A stretch of 64,000 nt of DNA from Longimicrobiales bacterium. Its GTDB lineage: Bacteria; Gemmatimonadota; Gemmatimonadetes; Longimicrobiales; Gaopeijiaceae. The stretch is from contig CBDDCX010000006.1 in NCBI GenBank assembly GCA_965226375.1, forward strand, positions 1-64,000, written 5' to 3'. The notes beneath the pieces were generated by a model. That model had not been told where the DNA came from. It ran no database searches and saw only the letters and a program-made list of their open reading frames with translations. Position 1 is the stretch's first letter, and every line of letters starts with the position of its first letter. Shown here piece after piece: positions 25,267 through 36,293 of this stretch. Made by a program: the position numbers and the translations under genes.

Positions 25267-25731
25267 CTATCCGCCGATGATCCAGTTCAGGTGGCCCAGC
25301 AGCTCGGGTGTACTCTCGACGACACCGTCGTTGAACCGCTCTCCATGTGAGACACGGAGGTACTCGACCGGCAGGCCTCCATCATCGATCAGGCCGAACT
25401 CAATCTCCAACTCACGGACTCCACAGTGCCATTCAAACTGGACCCCACCTCCGCTCACTGCAGTGATGTGGGGAGGTAGCAGAAAAGGAGCGAAGTACGA
25501 GTCTGTGGCTCTTACGAACGACTCTGCGACTTCGAGCAGGTCGTGACTCGGGGGCACACTGCCGTAGCTATCCCAGTCCTCCTCCAGCTCACGGAGGCGG
25601 TTAAGGCCAACGAGAGCGTCGATGAGCGGATCGCCATGATCGAGCACGATCAGATCCCCACGAGTCGACGTTGGAGCCAGAATGTCCGCGTCGATGTATC
25701 CTGGATAATGGATCGTGTCGGTCGCTCTCAC
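25267..25731 (-). CDS. Hypothetical protein
   Basis: LEEDWDSYGSVPP..GGVQFEW..ELEIEF; starts 2 bp after the upstream stop. Confidence 0.7.
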   Translation of the reverse strand: MRATDTIHYPGYIDADILAPTSTRGDLIVLDHGDPLIDALVGLNRLRELEEDWDSYGSVPPSHDLLEVAESFVRATDSYFAPFLLPPHITAVSGGGVQFEWHCGVRELEIEFGLIDDGGLPVEYLRVSHGERFNDGVVESTPELLGHLNWIIGG

Positions 25732-25733
25732 TG

Positions 25734-26555
25734 TCAGGACGTTCTCTTCCAGATTTTATGCATCTTTTCCGTAGTTAGATTTGTGAAGCTGCGCACGATC
25801 GTCGCTCTCGCCCGGTCCATCCAAACCATCACGTCGGAAGGGTCCGAAGAGGCGGGCTGGCCCTTCACTGTCAATTGGAACCGCAGTATCTCAAGACCGC
25901 CCTCTCGACGAACCGCCGGTGTAAGTGTTACGTCAAGCATGTCAGTATCAACCTGAAACCGCGCCTGAATACTGATCGCTTTGGGAGTTGGTAGCACCTC
26001 CGGCGTCCCGGCCCACCAGCGGACTACACCGCGTAGATCCTCCGCAGACTTCCATTCACGGCCTCTCTCGAAGTGGTTTACGTAAGTCGCCTCGCATTCG
26101 ACCACTTCCGAGACGCCGATTTCCTCGCCCGAGAGGAACTCCCTAAACCTATCCCATTCAGCTTCAAACGCCGGGCGGATAGACTGTTCGTACCTGGGGT
26201 ACTCCTCTTCTGGCGTGCCCTTACGCCAATTGTAGAAGAACCCGTCATGCTGCACCTGAATCAGGCGGCCTCCTCCCTCCTCCAGGAACCAGCAACGAGC
26301 CTCGGGCGTGGTTGTGAGTTGCAATGTGATGCCCTCTAAAGTGCCCTTCTTCGGTCCGGGCTCCATTAGCGGCGGATGGACCTCGAACTTCGGGTAGTCA
26401 GCCCTGATGGCATCCCAGTATAGGCCGAAGTGCGGGATGTCCCACTTGAGCTTCGGAAAACGGACTCCGAAGACGGTCTCGAAGACCGGCGGGGCATCGA
26501 ACTCAGGCAGTCCAGACTGCCCCTGGGCGGAACGATCTTGGGTCTCGCTCACCAT
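25734..26555 (-). CDS. TIGR04255-like protein
   Basis: FDAPPVFETVFGVRF, RCWF, LIQVQ, YPRY, YVNHF, SFTNLTTEKMHKIW; SD AAGGAG. Confidence 0.75.
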   Translation of the reverse strand: MVSETQDRSAQGQSGLPEFDAPPVFETVFGVRFPKLKWDIPHFGLYWDAIRADYPKFEVHPPLMEPGPKKGTLEGITLQLTTTPEARCWFLEEGGGRLIQVQHDGFFYNWRKGTPEEEYPRYEQSIRPAFEAEWDRFREFLSGEEIGVSEVVECEATYVNHFERGREWKSAEDLRGVVRWWAGTPEVLPTPKAISIQARFQVDTDMLDVTLTPAVRREGGLEILRFQLTVKGQPASSDPSDVMVWMDRARATIVRSFTNLTTEKMHKIWKRTS

Positions 26556-26890
26556 CAGCTCCTTGCGTCGATCAAGTCAGCGTCAGGTTGAGGCGTGGAG
26601 TTCCTGGATGGCCATGCTTAACCTCCCAGGTTGGGGGGTCCGCTGCTGCGGGTTGCCCTACGCTACGGTCAATATCCGGCGCCCACACTCACCGCGCAAG
26701 GAATATATACCACTGCAACGGACACAGGGTTTCTTCGGGGGATTGTCGTTTAGCTTTCTAGGGCCCTGTGAACTTGTCAAAACTGGACTTTCCGGGAGTG
26801 AGCTTTTCTTGCTTCGCCGGGGAGTAGATGGCCTTTTAGAGTGTGGAAACAGTCCTTGATCGTTAGAGCGCATGCCTCGTAGGCGGTGCA

Positions 26891-27433
26891 TCACTTGCCC
26901 TTAACCGCCTCGAGGTTGAGCGACACCGCGCGGCCGGTTCCGGAGTCGAAGACGACGACTCCGACCGGCGAGGTCTCGACGAGCGCCTCGAGGTCGGCCC
27001 GCGCCCGCTCGACGTCGCGGTGCGTCCTCGCGTTCGCGATCGCCGTCGCCGCCTGCGACGCGAAAAGCACCAGGATCTCCTCGTCCTCCGCGGTGAATGC
27101 CTCCCCGTCCTTCTTGTCACCGAGGACAAAGTTGCCGAGATGCTCGCCCCGGTGGTGCTCGAAGAGCCGCGGCCCGTCGGGCCATGCCACCATCTTCCGG
27201 CGCTGCTCCGGGGGAAGGCCGGAGATGACGAAATCCCGGACCCGTCCTCGCTCGTCGAACGTCGTCATCACGCCGACGCGGGCGCCGGTGAGCGCACGGG
27301 CGCTCTCGACGGCCTCTTCAAGGACAGTGGCCAGATCGAGGCTCTGGCTGATGCGGAGGATCGCCGCGCGCAGCCGGGATGTGGGGTCGCCCGCGGGCCC
27401 GCTCCTGGGCCCGGCCGGATCCGGGTCGTTCAA
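26891..27433 (-). pseudogene. GAF/PAS sensor-regulator N-terminal fragment
   Basis: ISQSLDLATVL, FTAEDEEILVLFASQAATAIANAR, LVETSPVGVVVFD; ends abruptly. Confidence 0.75.
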
Positions 27434-27593
27434 TGCTCCACTCCCGCCGGGGGTGAGGCGGCCCGCCTGCGCCGGACCGCCGGAGAGTGGAGGATAGCGA
27501 TAGCCGGTTTCGGGGGGCGAGTCACGGGTGGGACATGACGATTGCCCAATTGCATCACGATCAGATCACAAGAAATCGTGCAGATTTCTGGGT

Positions 27594-27623
27594 AGCTCCC
27601 GATAATTGTAGTTATCGGGAGCT
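27594..27623 (+). promoter_or_regulatory. lox-like recombination site 1
   Basis: AGCTCCCGATAA-TTGTAG-TTATCGGGAGCT. Confidence 0.8.
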
Positions 27624-27660
27624 GAAGATATGTGCGTATGTCGTTGTTTTGGAGTCACTT

Positions 27661-28647
27661 ATGCCAATTCATGCCTCGGGAGACGTGTCCGGCCATCCCG
27701 GCCTCACCACCCAACGGCCACAAATCGGCAGGCGCCTCGACGCCTGCCTGGAGGAAGCCGACGGTACCCTCAGCGGACATACCATCCGGACGCTGAGAGC
27801 GGATCTGGCGGGGTTCACGGCGTGGTGCGCCGAGCGGGGGCTCTCTCCGCTCCCCGCGAGAGCGGGCACGGTCGTGTCGTACATTGAGGCGATGACACCC
27901 GTCCGTGCGTCGGCCACCGTTCGGCGCTACGTCTGGAGCATCGCCACCGTGCACAAGGTAGCCGGGGAACGGAGCCCGCTCGAGGACGCCGCAGTGCAGC
28001 GGGCGCTCACGCGGATGCACCGGAAAAATGGGATCCGGCAGAGCCAGGTGCGGGGGCTCACCTGGACCCTCGTCCGGCGCCTGTTGGCTGCCGCAGAAGA
28101 CCGGCTGATCGATGTGCGGAATCGCGCGATGCTGGCCGTCGCCTACGATGCCATGCTCCGCCGCTCAGAGCTGGTCGCGCTGCAAGTCTTTGACATGAAG
28201 AGATATAGGGACGGGTCGGCCTCGCTCCTCGTGCGGCGCGCGAAGAACGATCCGGAAGGTGGGGGCGCGATGCTCTACCTCCACCGGGACACAGTGAAGC
28301 TGGTGCGGGCGTGGCTCGGCGCGAGCGGAATCGACGCCGGGCGGCTCTTCCGCTCGGTCGCCAAAGAGGGCACCGTGGGCGCGAGGCTCGACGAGAGCCA
28401 GGTGCCGCGCATCTACCGGGCGATGGCCGAGCGCGCCGGACTCCCGGCGGAGGTGGTACGGCGGATCTCCGGGCACAGCCCCCGGGTGGGAGCGGCTCAG
28501 GACATGATCGCCTCGGGGATCGGGATCCCGGCCATCATGCAGGCCGGGCGCTGGAGGAGCGCCTCGATGGTGCAGCGCTACGGCGAGCGGCTCCTCGCGC
28601 AGCGGAACGGCGCCGCACAGCTCGCGCGGCTTCAGAAGCGCGAATAG
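27661..28647 (+). CDS. Cre/TnpS-like tyrosine recombinase
   Basis: RNRAML..LRRSEL, RAKND, GHSPRVG, GRW, VQRY; SD GGAG before ATG 27661. Confidence 0.88.
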   Translation: MPIHASGDVSGHPGLTTQRPQIGRRLDACLEEADGTLSGHTIRTLRADLAGFTAWCAERGLSPLPARAGTVVSYIEAMTPVRASATVRRYVWSIATVHKVAGERSPLEDAAVQRALTRMHRKNGIRQSQVRGLTWTLVRRLLAAAEDRLIDVRNRAMLAVAYDAMLRRSELVALQVFDMKRYRDGSASLLVRRAKNDPEGGGAMLYLHRDTVKLVRAWLGASGIDAGRLFRSVAKEGTVGARLDESQVPRIYRAMAERAGLPAEVVRRISGHSPRVGAAQDMIASGIGIPAIMQAGRWRSASMVQRYGERLLAQRNGAAQLARLQKRE

Positions 28648-28706
28648 CGCCGAAGACCCCGCAGGGGTTGCCTCGGCGCGCTCCGGTCACATAGTTAGTG
28701 GCGGGT

Positions 28707-28736
28707 AGCTCCCGATAACTACAATTATCGGGAGCT
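28707..28736 (-). promoter_or_regulatory. lox-like recombination site 2 (inverted)
   Basis: AGCTCCCGATAA-CTACAA-TTATCGGGAGCT; exact reverse complement of site 1. Confidence 0.8.
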
Positions 28737-28987
28737 TGAAAATCTTGACGGAGGCGTGTCGAATGTCGGAAGTACCGAAACGGGTTGTCTGTGTGCGGCT
28801 GGCGATGTCCGAATCACTCTCTCGGAGCCGTCGCCCTACGGCGGAGGGCCGTTGGCTTCACCGCGCTGGCGTGGCGCGGCGGCGAGCGGGTTCCTGCCGC
28901 CGGATCGCGTTCAGTCACGTGACGAGAGACGACGACGCCCCGTGGGACCAGACAGCAGGGCCGTCGTCCGGATGCCTCGGCGGCGGG

Positions 28988-30245
28988 ATGGCGCGCGACA
29001 CGCCGGGCGCGGACGGAAGGTGTCCGCGTGCGCTGCGCGGCCTGGCCATGGGACTGGTGACGCTCTCCGGCCTGGTTGTCGCCGTGCCGACCGAAGCCCA
29101 GACCGTGACCGTGCCCAGTGCGCCGAGAAATTTCCTGGCAGTGGCCGGTGACGGCCTGGTGCGGCTGTCATGGAGTAGTCCGAGCGATGCAGATGGGGTA
29201 GTTGGCACCACGCTCACCTACCAGTACCGCTACGCCCCCGGCGCTGCGGTGCCCGCCGAAACGGCCTGGAGCACGCCCGAGCGTTATCCGGTAGGTGGAT
29301 CTGTGATCCTGGCCGGTTTCGCCAACGGCACGGCCTATGCGTTCGAGGTACGGGCGGTGAACACGGTCGGCGCCGGCCCGGCAGCGTCGGCCACGGCGAC
29401 GCCGCAGCGCGCGGCCTGCCCCGCGCCTGCCCTCGGTGGCCGGCGCCAGATCTGGCGCGCCGCATTGACGATAGGTGCAGCGCCAGAAATATCCTATTTG
29501 AAGCCAGGAGAAGTTTTGTTCTTCGGTTACGACGCATCCGCGGCGGGAACCCTGAGTGATACCGGGTTCCGGGTCGGCGCCACCAGGTATTCGATCGGAC
29601 AGCTGTTCGTGTACAACCCGCGCTCTACGTCCAGTTTTCCTGGGGACTTGAGATTTTCTATTGTCAACCGGGACCTGAGCCCCGCGCACCAGGCGGTGCT
29701 ACGCCTGCATGTGTGCGACACGGCCTACGATTTCAACACCGAGTATGTTTTCACACCGGAGAACTTCTACATCGAGAACAACCAATACCCGTATCTCTGG
29801 CGACACGGGAGAGGGGATCGCAGTGGTCTATATCCTGATGAACTGGACTGGGGCCTGCTCGTCGACCGCACGGTGTACCTCAGCCTGCCGGCCAACACTC
29901 CGGCCACCGGCAATCCCACCGTCACCGGCACGGTGCGGGTGGGGCAGGTCCTGACCGCGGCCACGGGCACCATCGCCGACGCGGACGGGCTGACGCTGGC
30001 CGATGCGGGAGAGGCGGGGTTTGGCTACACCTAAGCTGAAGGTGCGGGTGTCGCTCACGGACGACTTGGACAGTGCGGAGGCGAGAGAGAGCGACGGCAC
30101 CGTCGCCAACAGCGTCCCCACGGCGTCGGACGGCCGGGTGACCGCGATTGAGAACCAGGACTACACGTTCACCGCGGCCGACTTCAACTACGCCGACGCC
30201 GACGGCGACCCGCTCGCGAGCGTGACGCGCCCGCGCGCGTCCTGA
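28988..30245 (+). pseudogene. Secreted fibronectin type III / cadherin-like surface protein, truncated
   Basis: Signal-like segment; PSAPRNF..LSWSSP..YAFEVRAVN..G.G; stop at 30034; further repeat fragment FNYADADGD. Confidence 0.65.
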
Positions 30246-30425
30246 GGTTACCTCGAGTGCAGGCCCGCACCGGGCTGGCGCGGAGCACGATCTATGTGCG
30301 GGTGGCCGACGGGAGCTTTTCCCCAACCGATCCGGCTAGGCGCGCGCGCCGTCGGCTGGATCGAGTCCGAAGTGGATGCGTGGATCCGAGAACAGATCGC
30401 CGCGAGCCGTGGCAACGCGAAGTGA
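30242..30425 (+). pseudogene. AlpA-family excisionase/regulator, frameshifted
   Basis: LRLPRVQARTGLARSTIY..GSF / PQPIRLGARAVGWIESEVDAWI; slip in TTTTCCCC near 30320; no start codon. Confidence 0.8.
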
Positions 30426-30542
30426 TCTGAGACGGAAATCATCTGAATCGTTCGCAATGCGAGAGGACAGGGGCCATCGACAACCCGCCCTCCGGCAAGC
30501 TTCGCTCCTTCGCCTCCTCCGGGAACCTCCGCTACGGTCCAC

Positions 30543-30640
30543 TGGATTCCCGTTCAGAAAGAGGGGTGTAATAAGGGGAGCAGAGTGGGTTAAGTAGTCT
30601 TAAGTATATTATCCATAATAAGTTATAACGGATTCGGCGT
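30543..30640. mobile_element. Right end of outer integrative element
   Basis: TGGATTCCCGTTCAGAAAG plus AT-rich tract and GATTC, as at 22757-22850; abuts a truncated permease gene. Confidence 0.7.
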
Positions 30641-31100
30641 GGATCCGGCACAACCGGTCGACGACGTCCGCACCATGGAGCAATACAAATACGATAGCTC
30701 GTCGTTCAGCCTCGCCCTCCTGACTTTGGCGATGACCTTCGCTGTGTTCGCGCTGGTCATGGCGGGCCTGGGGATCTACGGAGTGATGTCGTATATGGTC
30801 TCGGAGAGAAAGGCCGAGATCAGCCTGCGGATGGCACTCGGTGCCCAGCGAGGGGACGTGCTGCGCATGGTGCTTTACAAGGGCGGGACGCTGATGACCG
30901 CCGGAGCCGCGGTCGGAATCGTCGGAGCGCTCCTGCTGAGTCCCGTCCTGGAGAGCATGGTGGTCGGCATAAGCCCCCAAGATCCGGTGACGTTCATCGG
31001 TGTGCCGGCGGCCCTGATGGTGGTGGCGCTGGTGGCCAACTACATCCCGGCGTTCCGCGCCACTCGGGTCGATCCCATGTCAGCCATGCGGAAAAAGTAA
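30639..31100 (+). pseudogene. ABC permease (FtsX/ADOP) C-terminal fragment
   Basis: GIYGVMSYMVSER..EISLRMALGA..PAFRATRVDP; 5' part missing. Confidence 0.8.
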
Positions 31101-31146
31101 GGCCTCGGGGGACCGACCCACCGGCAGGCATCGGAAAGCGGCGGGC

Positions 31147-32364
31147 TCAGCGCCGGGCGAGCGCCTGGTCGAGTAGTTCGGATAACTCGGCTTCACCGAG
31201 CGGGCCGCGGAGAATAGCCAGACCATCCAGGAGTTCTCGAACGACCTGGTTCCACCCGTCCGGGAGGCGTGCGACGGGGATCCCCTCAGCGTCCCTCGAT
31301 GTGTCTCGCTCCGCCAGGGTGGGTACGAAGCGCAACTCCACGACGCGCCCGTCCGGGAGCTCCTGGATGATCGTCACCGCAGAATCGAAACCCTCGGCGC
31401 CTCCCCCGAACCGGACGTCCCGGATCGAGAGGCCTGGGATGACGAAGGAGCTCGTGCGCCCGGTGACTGACATTTCATTGAGACTCATCGCGTTGGCATT
31501 GTCCGCGAACAGCTCATCCTGATTGGACTTCGTGACATCCTCCGCCAGGACGGAGGCAGCCACGCCTCTGGCCACTCCCGTGACAGCTCGGTTGTCCATG
31601 ACGCTGGTCGGGTCGACCGCCTCGCGCCTTCTCCGCTCCAGGGGAGCGGCTGGTCCGGCCGCTTGGGGCGCTGCCTCGGACGCTCGCTGCTGATCCAACC
31701 GGAGAGCGCCGCCGACCGCGTCGCGCCGTCCGGCCTCAACCTCATCGGCGGACTCCATGGGGACCGCGGCGGCCGGCGCGTCGGTCGGCGCTATTACCAC
31801 GTCGGAGAGTGCCGCACGGGCAATGGGTGGCACCGCCTCGGCGTCGAGGTCCTGCGACTGCACGGGTGACGCAACCTGGGCGGTAAAGTCGCCCTGATCG
31901 GCCTGCCTGAGTTCGGGCTCGGCCTGGAACGGATTCAGGGCCTCGTCAGCTCGCGACGGAACGCCCTCCTGGGTTCGCACCGCGTCGAGCGCAGGCGCGG
32001 TTGCCAGTTCGCTGCCGGGTCCGGTCAGATCATGGGCTATCCATCCGGCACCGAGGGAAATCACCACCGTGGCGGCCATGCGGAGCACCCTGAACTTCGA
32101 CGTCCCGCCGGACGGGCGGGTCGACTCTGCCTCGTCCGCCCTTGCCACCAGTTCTTCGAACGGTGCCAGGTCCATGGGAGCCTCGGCCGTAGCGGCCAGA
32201 ATTTCCGACGCGACCATACGGAGCTCTCGCTCTTCATCCAAGGATCGAGCGCACGCCTCGCACTCGTCCAGGTGCTGTCGCACGCGATTGGCCTCGCCCT
32301 CGGGATAGGCGCCCAGGGCGCCGTCGAGGTAGGCGTGGATATCTCCCTTACCGACGTGCGACAT
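31147..32364 (-). CDS. zf-HC2 anti-sigma factor
   Basis: AYLDG..HLDECEAC, single TM segment; overlaps the sigma gene. Confidence 0.8.
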   Translation of the reverse strand: MSHVGKGDIHAYLDGALGAYPEGEANRVRQHLDECEACARSLDEERELRMVASEILAATAEAPMDLAPFEELVARADEAESTRPSGGTSKFRVLRMAATVVISLGAGWIAHDLTGPGSELATAPALDAVRTQEGVPSRADEALNPFQAEPELRQADQGDFTAQVASPVQSQDLDAEAVPPIARAALSDVVIAPTDAPAAAVPMESADEVEAGRRDAVGGALRLDQQRASEAAPQAAGPAAPLERRRREAVDPTSVMDNRAVTGVARGVAASVLAEDVTKSNQDELFADNANAMSLNEMSVTGRTSSFVIPGLSIRDVRFGGGAEGFDSAVTIIQELPDGRVVELRFVPTLAERDTSRDAEGIPVARLPDGWNQVVRELLDGLAILRGPLGEAELSELLDQALARR

Positions 32365-32854
32365 CTGATTGCTCCAAGTCTCCATGCGCCTTCACGAGCC
32401 GCTGCCGGGCACGGGCGAGCGTGGTTCCCACCGCGCCCACCGCCAGGTCCAGCGCCTCTGCGATGTCTTCGTAGTTCTGCCCCGCATCCCACAGGAGAAG
32501 GGCCTCACGGTCTCTCTCCCCCAGGGACTCCAGAGCCCTCCGCACCTCCGCCTCGCGCTCCCCCCGTTCGAGCTCCGCCTGCGGATCGGGGGCCGGCCCA
32601 CGCACTTCCGCCTCGGACTTGAGTAGCGTGAGGTGTTTCTTGCGCCGGATGGCGGTTCGCGCCTCGTCACGGGCCAGGTTGGCCGCAACCGTAAAAAGCC
32701 ACGCGCGGGGCTTGTCCGGTTGCTCCCGTAACGCCCGGACGAACGTCTCCTGTGCCAGGTCCTTGGCACGCTCCAAATCCCACACCTTGCGGTGCAGAAA
32801 GCGAACCAGATCCGGCAGCGTCGTTCGGTAGAGCTCTGCCCAGTCAGCGTCCAC
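32348..32854 (-). CDS. ECF sigma-70 factor
   Basis: DLAQETF, AWLFTVAANLARD, YEDIAEAL..VGTTLARAR. Confidence 0.9.
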   Translation of the reverse strand: MDADWAELYRTTLPDLVRFLHRKVWDLERAKDLAQETFVRALREQPDKPRAWLFTVAANLARDEARTAIRRKKHLTLLKSEAEVRGPAPDPQAELERGEREAEVRRALESLGERDREALLLWDAGQNYEDIAEALDLAVGAVGTTLARARQRLVKAHGDLEQSDVARR

Positions 32855-33016
32855 GGCGTCCTCATTCGATCACATCGGAGAGCGAATCTCTCCCGTTGGG
32901 GCTCCGAGGCTTGGCTCAGTTACCCCACGGACGACCCCTTGGAGCCGCCCTACGTATCTGATGACGATCGAAGGGTGAAGACTTGCACACTCCGGATCCC
33001 TACCCGGGTCTGGACA

Positions 33017-35689
33017 CTAGTCCGCTCTCAATGCCGTCACGGGATCGATCCGTGTGGCCCGACGCGCCGGGAGGTAACTGGCCAGAACCGCGACCCCGAT
33101 CAGCAGACCAGAGACGGTCGCCAACGTGACCGGGTCACCCTCCGTGACCCCGAACAGGAGGGACGACGCGAGGCGACTGAATCCGAAGGCCGCAACGAGG
33201 CCCAGCGCGAGGCCCCCGAGGGCGAGTCTAAGCCCCTGCATGACCACCAGTCGTCGGACATCTGCGGGCTGAGCACCCAAGGACACCCGCACTCCCATCT
33301 CATGGGTCCTCTGGGACACCGTGTAGGACAGAACGCCGTACAGACCGACGGCCGCCAGCAGCAGAGCCACTCCGCCGAAGACGCCCAGAAGGATCGTGTT
33401 GAAGCGCCGACCGGCCACCGAGGCTACCAGGGCCTGCTCGCTCGGCGAGACTCTCTCCACCGGCACGCTCCCGTCGAAACTCCAGACCTCCTGGTGAATC
33501 AACGGCAACACATCGGCAATGTCGCCGTCGACCCGTACCAGGAGCACCATGTCCGTCATGGGGCGCTGAGCGTGGGGAAAGTAGTAACCCGGGAGCGTCT
33601 CGGACTCACGACCGAAATAGCGGACGTTCGGCGCCAGCCCGACAACCTCCCAGCGGGCGATCGCGATATCCTCCCACCAGCTGCCGATCAGTAGTACCTG
33701 GCCGATGGGGTCCTCGCCGGGAAAGTGCTGGTCGGCGAACGCCTGATTCACGATCACCACACCCGTGGACTTCGAATCGTCGAGGTCGGTGAAATCACGA
33801 CCACGTACGAGGGGGATGCCTGCGGTCCGGAAGTAGCCTGGAGAGACCGGGCGGTATTGTGCCTCGGGCCGCACGTTTCCGGCGGGTTCCGGGCGCCCGT
33901 CGACCCAAAAGCCAATCGTCCAACTCGGGTTCGTCGGACCCGCGTACGCAATAGCGGCGTCACGGACACCCGGCATTTCACGTGTCCGGCGCGTGACCTG
34001 ATCAAAGAACGTCTCCACCTCGGGCCAGCGCTCGCTCGGATATTGGGTAAACGGTAACGAGAGTGAGATCTCCCAAAGACTGTCCGGATCGAACCCCGGA
34101 TCGACCGACTGGACGGCCGCGAAGCTCCGGATGAGCAGGCCCGACGCGACGACGAGCACCATGGCCACCGCCGTCTCCAACACCACGAGAGATCCCCGAA
34201 GGCGTCCACCCGGCATAGCCCGCATGCCCCGAGTGCCCTCCTTCATGGTGTGGGCCAAACGCGAGCGTGATCCCTTGAGCGCGGGAACCAGACCGAACAG
34301 TACGGCAGTGGCCAACGTCACGGCGGCCATGACCGCAAGGATTCGGCCGTCCATGCTGATCTCGGTGACCCGGGGGACGGCTTGGGATGGCGCCAAGGCG
34401 AGGATGACACGTAGACCGCCATACGCCAACCCGACTCCCGCCAACCCGCCCACCACTGCCAGCAGCACGCTCTCGGTGAGAAGCTGCCGGACGAGTCGTA
34501 AGCGCCCGGCTCCCAGAGCGATGCGAACTGCTACCTCACGATCGCGTGCCGCCGTCCGCGCCAATAGGAGATTCGCCACGTTGGCGCAGACTATCAGGAG
34601 GACCAGGCCCACCGCTCCCATCAACATCAGCAGCGCCGGCCGGACGTTTCCTACCAGGGACTCCTTCAGGGGTTCGACCCAGGCCGTCCGTTCCAGATTG
34701 CTGTCGGGATAGGCTTGCTCGAGCCCCGCTGCGATGGAGGCGAACTCTTGTGAGGCGGAGGTGTGGTCGACGCCGGACTTGAGTCTCCCCACTACGATCA
34801 AGCGGTGCATTCCCCTGCTGTCCAGCCCCACATCCTGGGCCGCAGGCAACCACATGGAGACCCCGATCGGATAATCGAATGACTCGGGCATCACCCCAAT
34901 GATCGTGTGAGACACCCCATCCACCAGAAGAGACCTACCCAACACCGTGGGATCGCCTCCGTAGCGCTGGCGCCACAAGCCGTGTCCCAGGACCACCACC
35001 GCGTCCCCACCGACGACGTCCTCCGAGTCCTGGAACGTCCTACCCAACTCCGCCGAAACACCGAAAGCCCGCAACAGACCAGCCGTCACACGACCGATCT
35101 GTAGGGAGGTGGGCTCGCTGTCGGCGGACGTGATCGTAGCCAGAGGGGCCCGGTAAGCGCCCAACTCCTCGAAGGACTCCTGGGTCTCCAGAAAGTCTTG
35201 AAAGTCGGGATACGAACTCCAAGATCTCCCGAAGCTGTTCGGAAGCGTGGAGCGCCCCCACACCAGGGCCAGTCGGTCCGCACCCTCGAAGGGCAAAGCT
35301 CGGAAGAGCACCGCGTCCACCACCGTGAAGATGGCGGTGTTGGCGCCGATGCCTACGGCGATGGTGGCTACCGCTACCACCGTGAAACCGGGACGGCGCA
35401 ACAGTGCGCGTATTCCGTAGCGAATGTCCTGAGCGAGCGTTCCCATCCAGTTCCCCCTCCGATGTCTCGTGCCACGTCTAAGAAACTCACTGAGCCACTC
35501 ACGCCCGACGGCTCCGATCAGATCCAGCGCCTCAATGACGAGAAGACGCGCCACCGCGCCCAGGCTCCCTTCCCTGGCTCTTCCGAGCCGCTTCGAGAAG
35601 ACGAAGACCATCTCGTTCCCGTGCTCCCACCTAAAGTCGGGGGGAAGCAGGCGGGTCATCACCCCGTAGAGCCACACCACGGTCTTCAT
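33017..35689 (-). CDS. ADOP-family duplicated ABC permease
   Basis: [37 protein letters not shown]. Confidence 0.9.
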   Translation of the reverse strand: MKTVVWLYGVMTRLLPPDFRWEHGNEMVFVFSKRLGRAREGSLGAVARLLVIEALDLIGAVGREWLSEFLRRGTRHRRGNWMGTLAQDIRYGIRALLRRPGFTVVAVATIAVGIGANTAIFTVVDAVLFRALPFEGADRLALVWGRSTLPNSFGRSWSSYPDFQDFLETQESFEELGAYRAPLATITSADSEPTSLQIGRVTAGLLRAFGVSAELGRTFQDSEDVVGGDAVVVLGHGLWRQRYGGDPTVLGRSLLVDGVSHTIIGVMPESFDYPIGVSMWLPAAQDVGLDSRGMHRLIVVGRLKSGVDHTSASQEFASIAAGLEQAYPDSNLERTAWVEPLKESLVGNVRPALLMLMGAVGLVLLIVCANVANLLLARTAARDREVAVRIALGAGRLRLVRQLLTESVLLAVVGGLAGVGLAYGGLRVILALAPSQAVPRVTEISMDGRILAVMAAVTLATAVLFGLVPALKGSRSRLAHTMKEGTRGMRAMPGGRLRGSLVVLETAVAMVLVVASGLLIRSFAAVQSVDPGFDPDSLWEISLSLPFTQYPSERWPEVETFFDQVTRRTREMPGVRDAAIAYAGPTNPSWTIGFWVDGRPEPAGNVRPEAQYRPVSPGYFRTAGIPLVRGRDFTDLDDSKSTGVVIVNQAFADQHFPGEDPIGQVLLIGSWWEDIAIARWEVVGLAPNVRYFGRESETLPGYYFPHAQRPMTDMVLLVRVDGDIADVLPLIHQEVWSFDGSVPVERVSPSEQALVASVAGRRFNTILLGVFGGVALLLAAVGLYGVLSYTVSQRTHEMGVRVSLGAQPADVRRLVVMQGLRLALGGLALGLVAAFGFSRLASSLLFGVTEGDPVTLATVSGLLIGVAVLASYLPARRATRIDPVTALRAD

Positions 35690-35692
35690 CGA

Positions 35693-36061
35693 TCAGCCTC
35701 GCTTGGTGGAGCCGGCGAATGCGGGAAGCACGTTCTTGGCTCTGGCCAGGTCGGCGAGGCGCTCGTGCCTGCGCGCCTCTGCCTCGACTACCGCAAGGCC
35801 GGCCGGCGTCAGCTCGTAGTACTTACGGCGAGGATCGGTCTCCTCGGCAGGACGTGGAGCTTCACTGATGAGCCCGTCCTTCCGCAGACGTTTGATGGCT
35901 GAATAGAGAGTCCCGGTACCGAGCGTCACTTCACCATCGGTGCGGCGCTCGACCTCGAGCAGGATTCCGTAGCCGTGGCATGCGCCCTCCACCATGGACA
36001 GCAGTATCAGGAACACCGGCTCGCTGATGGGCAAGTGTTCTGTAACGTCGTATTCGCTCAT
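35693..36061 (-). CDS. PadR-family regulator
   Basis: HGYGI, GTLYSAIKRL, RRKYYELT. Confidence 0.9.
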   Translation of the reverse strand: MSEYDVTEHLPISEPVFLILLSMVEGACHGYGILLEVERRTDGEVTLGTGTLYSAIKRLRKDGLISEAPRPAEETDPRRKYYELTPAGLAVVEAEARRHERLADLARAKNVLPAFAGSTKRG

Positions 36062-36109
36062 GGATGACTCCAGCGTCGAGCTCGCTTCCCCAAATACCTC
36101 ACACCAAAC

Positions 36110-36128
36110 TATATCATAGTATGATATA
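36110..36128. promoter_or_regulatory. Palindrome, candidate PadR operator
   Basis: TATATCATA-G-TATGATATA between divergent padR genes. Confidence 0.5.
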
Positions 36129-36293
36129 TCGACTTACGACGCAATACCGATGACAACACCGGCTAGCGACATCCCCACGTCGGTATCGGTCGTGCTCGAT
36201 CCGACTCCACTCGCTCCCTGGCCACTTGCTCGGCCCCTTGCGGTTTTCTCCGATTCTGATAAAATTTGCTTTGTTATTTTTATGGAGGTGGCG

